Below, in pieces: positions 25,701 through 37,000 of a stretch of DNA of 64,000 nucleotides. The translations under genes were made by a program, and so were the position numbers. Source of the DNA: Octopus sinensis. Lineage: Eukaryota. The DNA is taken from positions 14,818,001 through 14,882,000 of the forward strand of contig NC_042999.1 in NCBI RefSeq assembly GCF_006345805.1. The letters run 5' to 3'. Each line of letters begins with the position of its first letter. Position 1 is the first letter of the stretch. Under the pieces are notes generated by a model, which saw nothing but the letters and a program-made list of their open reading frames with translations, did no database searches and was not told the DNA's origin.

Positions 25701-27971
25701 TTTAAAAAATCAGGTAGATCTTTGTCTAAAATCACCTTCAACTGTCAGTATTTATTTGAAACCTGTAGAACCTGAAAATGCATAAATTTAAGAATTGGCC
25801 TGCGGGCGCTACCCTCTTGTTAATAAGTACATTTAGGAAAAATTCTATCGGATGACATTTGTAGTGAAACAAATCTGGAAAGTAGGCTGGGGCTGCTATG
25901 TGAAGCTGGTGCATATATATCATACACAAATAGAAAGTCAGAGTAAAATATAAAAAATGAAAGTATCTTTAGAATAATTCTTTTTTCTTTTTTTTTTCCA
26001 GTGGCACATAAAAAACACCATCCGAGCGTGGCCATTCGCCAGCCTCGTCTGGCACCTGTGTCGGTGGCACATAAAAAGCACCCACTACACTCACGGAGTG
26101 GTTGGCGTTAGGAAGAGCATCCAGCTGTAGAAACACTGCCAGATCTGACTGGCCTGGTGCAGCCTTCGGGCTTCCCAGACCCCAGTTGAACCATCCAACC
26201 CATGCTAGCATGGAAAGCAGACGTTAAACGATGATGATGATGATGATATCTGAAATCGTCACAACTGTAATGATGTATACATACGTGTGTATGTGCGTGT
26301 GTGTATGTGTGTGTGTGTGTATGTAAATAGCTTGTTTGGATGCTAAAGACAGAAAGTTCAAACACGGGAAGTTGAAAAAAACGATTTGAAGACGTGAATC
26401 TTTATATAAAGAGCAACATTATTTATTTTTACTAAAAAAATAATAATAAATTATAAATCAAGATCGTATTATTCTTTCCAAGATCAAATTATTCATGTAC
26501 CCCTAGTCTGGTAAAGATTAATCCAGAGGTTTGAGCATGCGTTGAGGACACACAGACAGACAGACAGACAGGGTATTTTGTACATTAAGAAGATCAATGA
26601 AGAGGCAGCGAGCTGGCAGAATCGTAAGTACGCTGGGCGAAACGCTTAGCGGTATTTCGTCTGCCGTTACGCTCTGAGTTCAAATTCCGCCGAGGTCAAC
26701 TTTGCCTTTCATCCTTTCGGGGTTGATAAATTAAGTACCAGTTATGCACTTAATCCCTTTGTCTCTCCTTATTTGTCCCTACTATGTTTAGCTTCTTGTG
26801 GGCAATAAAGAAATAAGAAGATCAATGAAAGTAACAATTAGTATATATAATATAAATTAGTATATATAATATAAATTCTTCATCTCAGAAATGTAGAAGA
26901 GAATGAGGATCCTGTCCTCCTATGAGGGTCCTGTCCTCCTTTCAATCCACCAGTCTTAGAACCCCTGTAACGTGTCATGGACACTACCTTTTCTTTTTGA
27001 CTAAAAAGTTAAAAACTAAAAAAAAACCAGTTATAGTGAATACACCTCTCGTCAATAACTTTGCACATGCAGGTATCGCTCACCTACTACCCAGGTACTT
27101 TACACTGTGTATTTCCAAGAAATCTTAGGCATTTCTATGTGCTTAAGAAGCTCACTTTACAATCATGTGTTTCCAGGTTCAGTTCCACAGCAAGGCACTT
27201 TGGACAAGCATCTAGAACTGTAGCCCTGCGAATAATTTTAGTTGATGGAAACAGCATGAGTGCATAAGGCCATGTTGGAGCACCACCTTCTGGAATTTTC
27301 GTCAAATGTATCAATCCCTGGTACTTACTCTGTCATTCTCTTTTGCCAAACTACTATGTCACAAGGATGTAAACACACCAACACCGGTGTCAGGTACTTA
27401 CTGTATCATTCTCTTTTGCCAAACTGCTATGTCACAAGGATGTAAACACACCAACACCGGTGTCAAGCAGTGGCAGGGGACAAACACAGATGCACACACA
27501 CACAATATATATATACGATGGGCTTCTTTCAGTTTCTGTTTACCAAACCCACTCACAAGGTTTTAGTTGGCTTGAGGCTATTGTAGAAGACACTTGACTG
27601 AGGAATCACGCAGAGGAAACGAACCCAGAACCACGTGGTTGGAAAGCAAACTCCTTACAACACAGCCACACTCTGTATATAAAAAATATATCGTTTATTT
27701 AATTTCACCATTTTCATTTGTTTTTTTATAGGTTGGCGGCAAAGTGAAAAGCATAAATGGTCGTCCTGGAGAAGTAATTGTAAACGTTGCCAAAGAAGAC
27801 AACGCTTCTTTAATCGTCACTGGCACAAGAGGAATGGGTACTATAAGACGTACTCTGGTTGGCAGTATTAGTGACTATGTTATTCATCATTCCCCTGTTC
27901 CTGTATTGGTTTGCAGATCGAAAGACCACCATCATCATGGCAAAGAACACCATGGGAAAGAACAGCATTAG
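22666..27971 (+). CDS. USP: Universal stress protein (UspA/MJ0577-like) gene, 5'-partial; exons 22666-22746, 24036-24142, 27732-27971
   Basis: Spliced translation (W)YMEQVYRQNDHIILVYCPEFQSITHSPYVMADVTILVDMMKEEEKQVKAQLEKFGEMLKNAGVGGKVKSINGRPGEVIVNVAKEDNASLIVTGTRGMGTIRRTLVGSISDYVIHHSPVPVLVCRSKDHHHHGKEHHGKEQH*. All introns are GT-AG and phases are compatible. Has the USP signature G-2X-G-9X-GS and the terminal PVLV strand. The first exon (expected xAxDGS motif) was not found. Confidence 0.93.
24036..24142 (+). CDS. USP gene internal exon (PYVMADVTILVDMMKEEEKQVKAQLEKFGEMLKNAG)
   Basis: Long polypyrimidine tract plus tttag, donor gtaagt at 24143, phase 1/0. Confidence 0.9.
25137..25533 (-). mobile_element. 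Non-autonomous Helitron nested in an older Helitron-like element (~25002-26590)
   Basis: Reverse complement of the 28956-29353 copy. Confidence 0.85.
27732..27971 (+). CDS. USP gene last coding exon, with ATP-binding loop and His-rich tail
   Basis: Acceptor tttttttatag, phase 0; GRPGEVI...LIVTGTRGMGTIRRTLVGSISDYVIHHSPVPVLVCR; TAG stop; candidate AATAAA at 28691. Confidence 0.95.
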   Translation, partial: VGGKVKSINGRPGEVIVNVAKEDNASLIVTGTRGMGTIRRTLVGSISDYVIHHSPVPVLVCRSKDHHHHGKEHHGKEQH

Positions 27972-28253
27972 CACCTCGATCCATCTGGAAAATATTTTAT
28001 ATCTACTAATTAGATTTTTCATATAAACTAATTAGATTATATACATATACATATCTGTGCGTGCACGTGTGTGTGTGTGTATATATATATACATATGTGT
28101 GTTTGTGTATGTATACACACACATACATATGTATAATATGTGTTTCTGTATATATACACATACATACATATATATGTATAATATACATCTGTGTATACAT
28201 ACATACATACATATATATATATTTGTGTGTGCATGTGTTTGTGTATGTGTATA

Positions 28254-28288
<35 letters not shown>

Positions 28289-28295
<7 letters not shown>

Positions 28296-28508
28296 GTGAC
28301 CTCATGAGTACCACTGGCGATTTTTTTTCCTCTGTCTTCCCTTCTCGGGATCTTTCCTTCTCCTATGTTTCCGACGAAGAGCTCCGCTCGAAACGTTAAA
28401 CCCTCCTTCTTCTCTTCTTTCCTGAGTGACCAATAATACTTTATTTGTTCCACGTCCTTGCGTTGTTGTGTTTTTTGTTTTTTTTTTGTTTTCTTGTTTG
28501 GATTAACT
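28289..28508 (+). mobile_element. Penelope-like terminal fragment with variant minimal hammerhead
   Basis: gttt-CCGACGA-a-gagc-tcc-gctc-GAAA-cgtt-aaac at 28367-28401; flanked by (TA)n. Confidence 0.6.
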
Positions 28509-28955
28509 ATATATATATATATCTACGTGTGTGTATATATATGTCTGTGTGTGTATATATGCCTATGTGTGCAAATATATGCATATGTGTGTATATATAA
28601 TATATATATATGTATGTATATATACATGTACATACTAATTAGTTTTAGTGCCAGTTGCTGGTTAAAACAGCAAAATTAATGATATAACGGAATAAAATTT
28701 TTGATATATTGCTTATTTTGTGTGTGTTATTGTCATCACTATTTTCATGTTGGCTTTGCTAAATTTGTATGGGGTGGGCGAAATTTGTTGCAAACCTCCA
28801 CCCGATTCCAATTGAGATAATACATTTCCATGACCAGACATGTCTTTGAAAACTGGAAATGAATGATACCGTTTCCATGATAGTTTCTTACTTACAACAA
28901 TCATTCAATGTCAAAGAAAAAAGACAGTGACATCACAAACATGAATACATACATA

Positions 28956-29353
28956 TCTTTATATATAAAAGTGAGGCTGTGTGCTGTCTGTCTCCTACGA
29001 TTTAGATTCCTAACTACTCCCACATTTTGCGGTGCAGTTTAACCAAAACCGGGTATCTTATAGTCGTGATTCATATCGAGCCCTTCTGGGTATTAGCGCA
29101 CGTCTACGATGAGTCTACGATTTAAAAAAAAATTTACCATCAATTTTTTCCATTTTTAATCCATTTTTGGCATATATAAGGGAAGTAACTCTCTAAAAAT
29201 TTATTATTAAATCTCAGAATGTAAAAAGCTACAGTAACACCCCCCACCTTTGTGGTTAGCCATATTGAGATGGCTATTATACTTTACATCTCTAAAAATG
29301 CTTATATAGTTATTTCCCTTACAAACCCGAGCAACGCCGGGCGATACTGCTAG
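28956..29353 (+). mobile_element. Non-autonomous Helitron
   Basis: A|TC start; cccgagcaacgccggg hairpin; CTAG|T end. Confidence 0.88.
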
Positions 29354-29614
29354 TATACTAATAAAAGGGTTCAGCAAAGATTAGCTTCACCACACACCAA
29401 AGTTTAGAAATAGCAGCCAAAAATCTTAGCTATTTCTTCTACTTTAAAAAGGGGGTCTCCCAGAGAAACCAAAATACTTGAAGACAAATCACACAAGCAG
29501 AGAGTAAACCACGAAAATCAATCAGTATCTGGTTATCCATGGACGCGCGTTTCTGAATTAGGTTTTGCATGAAGAATATAAAAAATATATATTATACATA
29601 CATATATATATGTC

Positions 29615-31588
29615 ATTTACTTGTTTCAGTCATTTGACTGCGGCCATGCTGGAGCACCGCCTTTAGTCGAGCAAATCAACCCCAGGACTTATTCTTTGTA
29701 AGCCTAGTACTTATTCTATTGGTCTGTTTTACTGAACGGCTAAGTTACAGGAAATACACCAACATCGGTTGTCAAGCGATGTTGGGGGGGGGCAAACACA
29801 GACACACACATATATATATACATATATACGACGGGCTTCTTTTAGTTTCCATCTACCAAATCCACTCACAAGGCTTTGGTCAGCCCAAGGCTATAGTAGA
29901 AGGCACTTGCCCAAGGTGCCATGCAGTGGGACTGAACCCGGAGCCATGTGGTTTGTAAGCAAGCTATTTACCACACAGCCACTCCTTCACCTGTTTTATG
30001 TATGTATATATATATATATATATGTATATATATGTATATATATATATATATACATACACACACACACAATGAGCTTCTTTCAGTTTCTATCTTCCAAATC
30101 CACTCAAGGCTTTAGTTGGCCCAGGACTATAATAAGACACTTGTCGAAGGTATTATGCACTGAGACTGAACCTGAAACCATGTGGTTGAGAGGCAAACTT
30201 TGTACCACACTGTCAGCCACATTTAACATCTGTTTTCCCTGCTGGCATGGGTTGGACCACTTGACAGTGACTGGTAAGGTCAGGGGACGCACCAGCTTCC
30301 CAGTCTGTTTTGGCTCGGTGTCTCACGACCTGGATGCCCTTCCTAACACCAATCACTCCACAGAGTATATTGGGTGCTTTTTAAGTTGCACTAGCACCAG
30401 TGCCTTTTATATGAGCCCCTCAGATTTGGGATCACAATTTTGTTGTGGAGGGTGGGTGTGCTGTGTGTATATACTCTTTTACTCTTTTACATGTTTCAGG
30501 CATTTGACTGGCCATGCTGAAGCACTGCCTTTAGTCAAGCAAATCGACCCCAGGACTTAATATTTGGAAGCCTGGTACTTATTCTATCAGTCTCTTTTGC
30601 TGAACCGCTAAGTTATGGGGACGTAAACACACCAGCATCGGTTGTCAAACAATGTTGGGGGGACAAACACAGACACACAAACATATACACACACATACAT
30701 ATATATACATATATACGATGGGCTTCTTTCAGTTTCCATCTACCAAATTCACTCACAAAGCCTTGGTCGGCCCGAGGCTATAGTAGAAGACGCTTGCCCA
30801 AGGTGCGACACAGTGGGACTGAACCCAGAACCATGTGGTTGGTAAGCAAGCTACTTACCACTCCTTATATATATATATATTTCTTATTTTACTTTTATCA
30901 TATTTTACTTTTATCATGGTCAGTTCAGATGAGAGAGCATGCACTGTTGCAGCCCATTGCAGCACATACTTGCTTTCACAATTTGTTGGTATATTCCTGA
31001 GTCCTCCTGGGTGTCTTGTTGAGTAGAGTTCCAATTATTTTCCATCTCCACAAGACACCTCCTCATCTGCTATGACCATGTGGTAAGTGGGCCACCGAAG
31101 TGAGCCAGCTGGATCCTCAGTGAAAAGAACATGGTAAGCAGGGTCTGACTCAGAAAATTGAGCAACATGGCTAAACAGTCCAAGCTTCACAGGAAGGACA
31201 AATAAACGTCTTGTTTTTTTACTTGTTTCAGTCATTTGACTGTGGCCTTTAGTCGAGCAAATCGACCCCGGGACTTATTCTTTGTAAGCCTAGTACTTAT
31301 TCTATCAGTCTTTTTTGCTGAACCGCTAAGTGATGGGGACGTAAACACACCAGCATCAGTTGTCAAGCGATGTTGGTAGGGGGGGACAAACACACATACA
31401 TATATGCATATACATATATACAACAGGTTTCTTTCAGTTTCCATCTACCAAATCCACCAACAAGGCTTTGGTCGGCCCGGGGCTATAGCAGAAGACACTT
31501 GCCCAAGATGCCACGAAGTGGGACTGAACCCGGAACCATGTGGTTTGTAAGCAAGCTATTTACCACACAGCCACTCCTTCACCTGTTT

Positions 31589-31634
<46 letters not shown>

Positions 31635-32250
31635 ATGGGCTTCTTTCAGTTTCCATCTACCAAATCCACCAACAAGGCTTTGGTTGACCCGGGGCTATAG
31701 CAGAAGACACTTGCCCAAGATGCCACGCAGTGGGACTGAACCCGGAACCATGTGGTTGGTTAGCATGCTACTTACCACACAGCCACTCCTGCGCCTATAT
31801 TGTTCATTATTTTTGATGAGATATGAGGTTGATTATGTAGGGAAAATGACTGAAGTATAGGCATAGCTGTGTGGTCAAGAAGTTTGCTTCTAAATGTATG
31901 GGTTTGGTTTCAGTCCTACTACGTAGCACCTTAGACAAGTCACTTTACTGTCATTTGGAGACAACCAAAACCTTCAGCATGGATTTAGTTGCTGGAAACT
32001 CAAAAAAAATTATGTGTGTGTATATATGTATTTGTGTGAGCGCGCGCTTGACCCCTTCTTTCCCACAGCCATAACTGCTTGATAACCATTGTTGGTTTGC
32101 TTATGTCCCTTTACTTAGCAATTTAGCAAAAGCGTCAACTGAGAACAAGATAAGAAATAATCATCACTGGGGTCAGTTTGACCTGCTAAAACCCGCCAAA
32201 GCAGTGCTACAGCATGGCCACAGTCAATTGACTGAAACAAGTAACAGATA
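29615..32250. mobile_element. Cluster of SINE family A copies (29615-29992-, 30470-30862-, 31218-31796-, 31858-32250+) between the convergent genes
   Basis: Match to family. Confidence 0.85.
30930..31200 (-). mobile_element. RTE-clade LINE 3' remnant
   Basis: LGLFSHVAQFSESDPAYHVL resembles the RTE ORF C-terminal FGHVAR..DPA motif. Confidence 0.6.
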
Positions 32251-32295
32251 AACGATAGTCATCTACTTCTATCAATTGAAAGGTTTATCTAGAAG

Positions 32296-32382
32296 CTATA
32301 GCTGAACGTGTCTCTTCACAGTTGTCTCCCTTGCATACCGTAAACGTAATGTGTTTGCTAAATTTTCCATCAACATTTCAGA
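32296..32382 (-). CDS. Probable last coding exon of the IKK-related kinase
   Basis: T-rich tract plus gaag acceptor; SEMLMENLANTLRLRYARETTVKRHVQL*; phase 0. A weaker acceptor, and an internal gtatgc donor is possible. Confidence 0.58.
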   Translation of the reverse strand, partial: SEMLMENLANTLRLRYARETTVKRHVQL

Positions 32383-34004
32383 CTTCATAATATGAAAATA
32401 AACAATAAATTTACTCTTATTTGTTTCAATGATTGTACTGCGACCCAGCTGGAGCACCGTCTTGATGGTTAAGTCCACTTAATCAATCCCCAGTACTTAT
32501 TCAGTTGGTATTTTAAAAATTTTTGTTGTTGTCAAACCAGAAAGTTATCAGGACAAACAATTAATACCTGTTTTCAAGTAGTGGAGCACCCCCACCACCA
32601 TCACCACCACGCACACGTAATGACTGGTTCTACCTACTTTCTATTCCACAAATCCACTTAGAAAGCATTAGTAAGTCTGGAGCTATTGTAGAAAACACCT
32701 GATGTGTTGCACAGTAGGACCAGATCCATCGCCTGACTTTTAGAGGCCCCCTGCAACTTTTGGTTTCGAGGCCCCATCCCTTCAATCAAAATTCATAATC
32801 TATGTGCCTTTTTTTCATAGTTATATTTTACTTTATTCTACCTGAAGTTCAATATTTCACGTTATCCTAAAGAACATCTTTAAAAGTACGAGTTAAACTC
32901 ATTTAGGTTTATTGCAAATTTCTCTAAATAAATCATCCAGATATGAATAAAAGATCACTTTTATAACCCAGGCAACTTTCAAAGACAAACACGGCACACT
33001 TATCCCTTTGCATAATCATTGATCAATTCAGAATAATAAAGCCGAGAGCTAAGTTTGTGTTCAACAAATATCATAGACAATCCACAAAGCCTGGTAGACG
33101 TTCGTGGTACAACGTAATATTTTTTATGAAACTTTCAGTCACCATAGTTTAATTCTTGTTCAACATCTTAACCAAAGTAAATAGATGACTCATCTATGTA
33201 CATTGATCTTAACATGGGGCCCCTCAACTGTGGAGGCCCCCTGCGAATTTCAGGAAACATGGAAGTTTTGAAGAATGTAGTGTCCTGACAGCTAACAACT
33301 GATGCAAGTAGTTTATTCCATGCTGCAGTAATTCTTAACATGAAAAAAATGATTCCGAAATCACGTATGTATTGTTTTTTGATTTTGTAAGCATGTCCAT
33401 GGGTGTTAGAGATATGGAATTCAAAAAGGTGCCCAAGAATTTTGTTGGAAAGATTGCTGATAATCTTATGGGTGTCTACTGAATCAGCTGCCAGATATCG
33501 GAGCACTAATGTGTCCATACACTTAAACAGCCATGTGTCGGGTGTCAATGAAGAGCCCTCGACAACAACAAGACGACCAAAGTTTTTTTTTTTTTTCCAA
33601 GGTCTGGGGTCTCCCGCCCTTAAGCCCTAGACCATCACCTAATCACCCTTACCCGTCTTGTTGCTTGACAACAACAACAGCACTTAAACAGACAAATGTG
33701 AAAATAAATATTGGATGAGAGAAATAAATATTGGAACAGAACAGAGACAACAACCAGGCACACCATGTAAAAAGATAAGGTGAAAGGAATGATAATTGTT
33801 AATTTCGAATATTAAAAATGCTATAATAATGAAATTTGGTAATCAATATTTAAAGTTACCTTTATTTGTTTGAATATAAACCCTCTGAACTCTCGAATCG
33901 CTTTCAGATTATTCAGTGTATCTCTGCAACAGATAAAAATTATAATAGATTAGTAGTGAAGACACAATAGTCTTATTACTGTAGAATTTCAGAGATTTAA
34001 TTCA

Positions 34005-34040
<36 letters not shown>

Positions 34041-37000
34041 CATCATCCTTATTATTAAGGTGGTGAGCTGGCAGATTCATTAGCATGACAGACAAAAAGC
34101 TCAGGGGCATTTCATCTGACTTTGTTCTAAGCTCAAATTACACCCAAGACTGACTTTGCCTTTCATTCCTGTGGGGGGGTTGATAAAATTCCCCTCAAAA
34201 GACAAATACTGCAGTTAATTAGTCTTTCTACTATGTTTCTGCATTAAGTATGGTATACAGATTGCTATTTTAAACTGCTTTGGTTGCACATAACCAATTT
34301 GCCAATTCAGTAACTTCACAGTCATTGTTTTTCATATCACAAAATATAATGGAGTACTTTAAGAACTGTAAAATTAATCCACCACTTCAAACAAAACCTT
34401 AAAACCTTTGGTTCTTTTCTGTATTAATATTCAGTTCAGTTTTGGTTCCTTTTGTGCTATGGGCAGCATGTTGAAGCTTTTGGTTTCTGTTGGCTGCACA
34501 TTTTACTGCATCCGGCCACGTGATATGGGCTTCACTCTTTTGGTTATGAATGTTCTGCACCATATAATTTTCAGTTTTCCCCTCTCTCTCTCTCTTGTGG
34601 TTTTCATTCCAAAAACAGTTTTAGAATGGCATTGTTCGGGTAACCAGAGTATGTAACCTGTTTGTTTTAATCTTCATTCTGTGATGATGTTGCTAATTGG
34701 TCTTGTATTGAGCCTCCTTAGAATATCTCCATTAGTTACATGGGTCTACAACACTGCTGGCCTACACACAAAGATCTGACTCTATAATAACATAGTGGAG
34801 GCGCAATGGCCCAGTGGTTAGGGCAGCGGACTTGCGGTCATAGGATCGCGGTTTCGATTCCCAGACTGGGCGTTGTGAGTGTTTATTGAGTGAAAACACC
34901 TAAAGCTCCGTGAGGCTCCGGCAGGGGATGGTGGTGATCCCTGCTGTATTCTTTCACCACAACTTTCTTTCACTCTTACTTCCTGTTTCTATTGTACCTG
35001 TATTTCAAAAGGCCAGCCTTGTCACACTCTGTGTCACACTGAATATCCCCGAGAACTACGTTAAGGGTACACGTGTCTGTGGAGTGCTCAGCCACTTACA
35101 CGTTAATTTCACGAGCAGGCTGTTCCGTTGATTCGAATCAACCGGAACCTTCGTCATCGTAACCAACGGAGTGCTTCCACCATAATAACATAGCTCTGTC
35201 AACAGGGAGATATAGAAGAACACCAGGAAAATCAACAAAGCTAGATGTGCTCGACCAAAGACACCTGAGGAAGATTCTATTTCAATATACAATAAAACAA
35301 ATATAAATTTATGTCTTAAATAGTGTACCAACTTTTTCCATTCTCTGAACTCCTTAATTATCTTTAATTTTTCTTGGTAACTGTTTTGAAAACGAAGTGA
35401 AGCGTTTTCATACATGGTTTTCAAACTGCTTCTGAAAAATTAAGGCCAAACATTAAATTTCATTTCTTCATTTGTTTACATCTGTTTTTACATGTTATCA
35501 AAAGTTAGATGAGTTTATATACTTGTTCCTTTTAAGTTGGGTTTGATTTTTAGAAAGATTCTCGGTTGTAGCAACCTACAAGCCATGTCTCTTTCCATGC
35601 GCACACACAAACACACATTTTGTCTTCCATGGTCCCTGATGGAACCTCTGTGGTGTGGTGAGATGACCACACTCTACACCCTTTATTTCCAAGCACTGCT
35701 ATAATAAACAATGGAAGTGAGTGAGAACGTTATAACTTAGTATGCATGTGTAACTGAGTTCAAGGTCAGTCTGTTTCAAGTGGCTTCAATCTGCATAGTT
35801 TAGCCCCGTTACCATAGCAACATACACTTTTTTGATCAGTGGAAGCACTCCGTCGGTTACGACGACGAGGGTTCCGGTTGATCCGAATCAACGGACTAAG
35901 TGGCTGAGCACTCCACAGACACGTGTACCCTTAACGTAGTTCTCGGGGATATTCAGCGTGACACAGAGATTGACAAGGCCAGCCCTTTGAAATACAGGTA
36001 CAACAGAAACAGGAAGTAAGAGTGAGAGAAAGTTGTGGTGAAAGAGTACAGCAGGGATCACCGCCATCCCCTGCCGGAGCCTCGTGGAGCTTTAGGTGTT
36101 TTCGCTCAATAAACACTCACAACGCCTGGTCTGGGAATCGAAACCGCGATCCTATGACTGCGAGTCCACTGCCCTAACCACTGGGCCATTGCGCCTCCAC
36201 AACTTTTGATCAAACCTCTTATACGTGTCACACACTATTTTAATGCTGTACAATGCTTCATTCTTCTCTTCTCGTTTTACTCTATTTCAAAGAACCTGCC
36301 CGTGCTATTAGGGTGCCAAGAGCACCATCCGAGCATGATCGTTGCCAGAGTGGCTAACTGGCTTCCGTGCCGGTGGCATGTAAAAGGGCACTGTTCGAGT
36401 GTGATCATTACCAGCGTCACCTTACTGGCACCTGTGCCAGTAGCATGTGTAAAAAGATTCGAGCAAGGTCATTGCCAGTACTGCCTGACTGGCCCCTGTG
36501 CCGGTGGCACGTAAAAAGCGCACACTACACTCTCGGAGTGGTTGGCGTTAGGAAGGGCATCCAGCTGTAGAAACTCTGCCAGATCAAGATTGGACCCTAG
36601 TGCAGCCATCTGGTTCGCCAGCCTTCAGTCAAAATCGTCCAACCGACGCTAGCATGGAAAGCAGACGTTAAACGATGATGATGATGATGATGTCCCGATA
36701 CAAAAATCAGAACCTAATTTACATAAATGATAACTTAACATTGCCAATCAGATTTGTTACCCCCGAAGTCACTTGATAACGCCTATTCCCAGTCAACGTT
36801 TATCATAGAATAAGATAATTTGCGTAATTATCTGTATCATCGATTGAATATACATAATTTCTAAAATCTCCCACTCTACCTCTACCCACCTAGGTGGACA
36901 CATCTACATTACAATGTATATAGCCAAAGTCATCAATGATCAATAGATTATCAATTGGGCCCAAATACTCTACCAGTTTTATGATGAAACCAACCAGATC

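Noticed and set aside
29769-30560. 263-aa ORF and many ORFs containing RLPNPLTRLWSARGYSRRHLPKVP
   Set aside because: Antisense reading of SINE family A; not a protein family
34795-34870. tRNA gene
   Set aside because: tRNA-like head continues into a SINE body with TSD; same for family A heads
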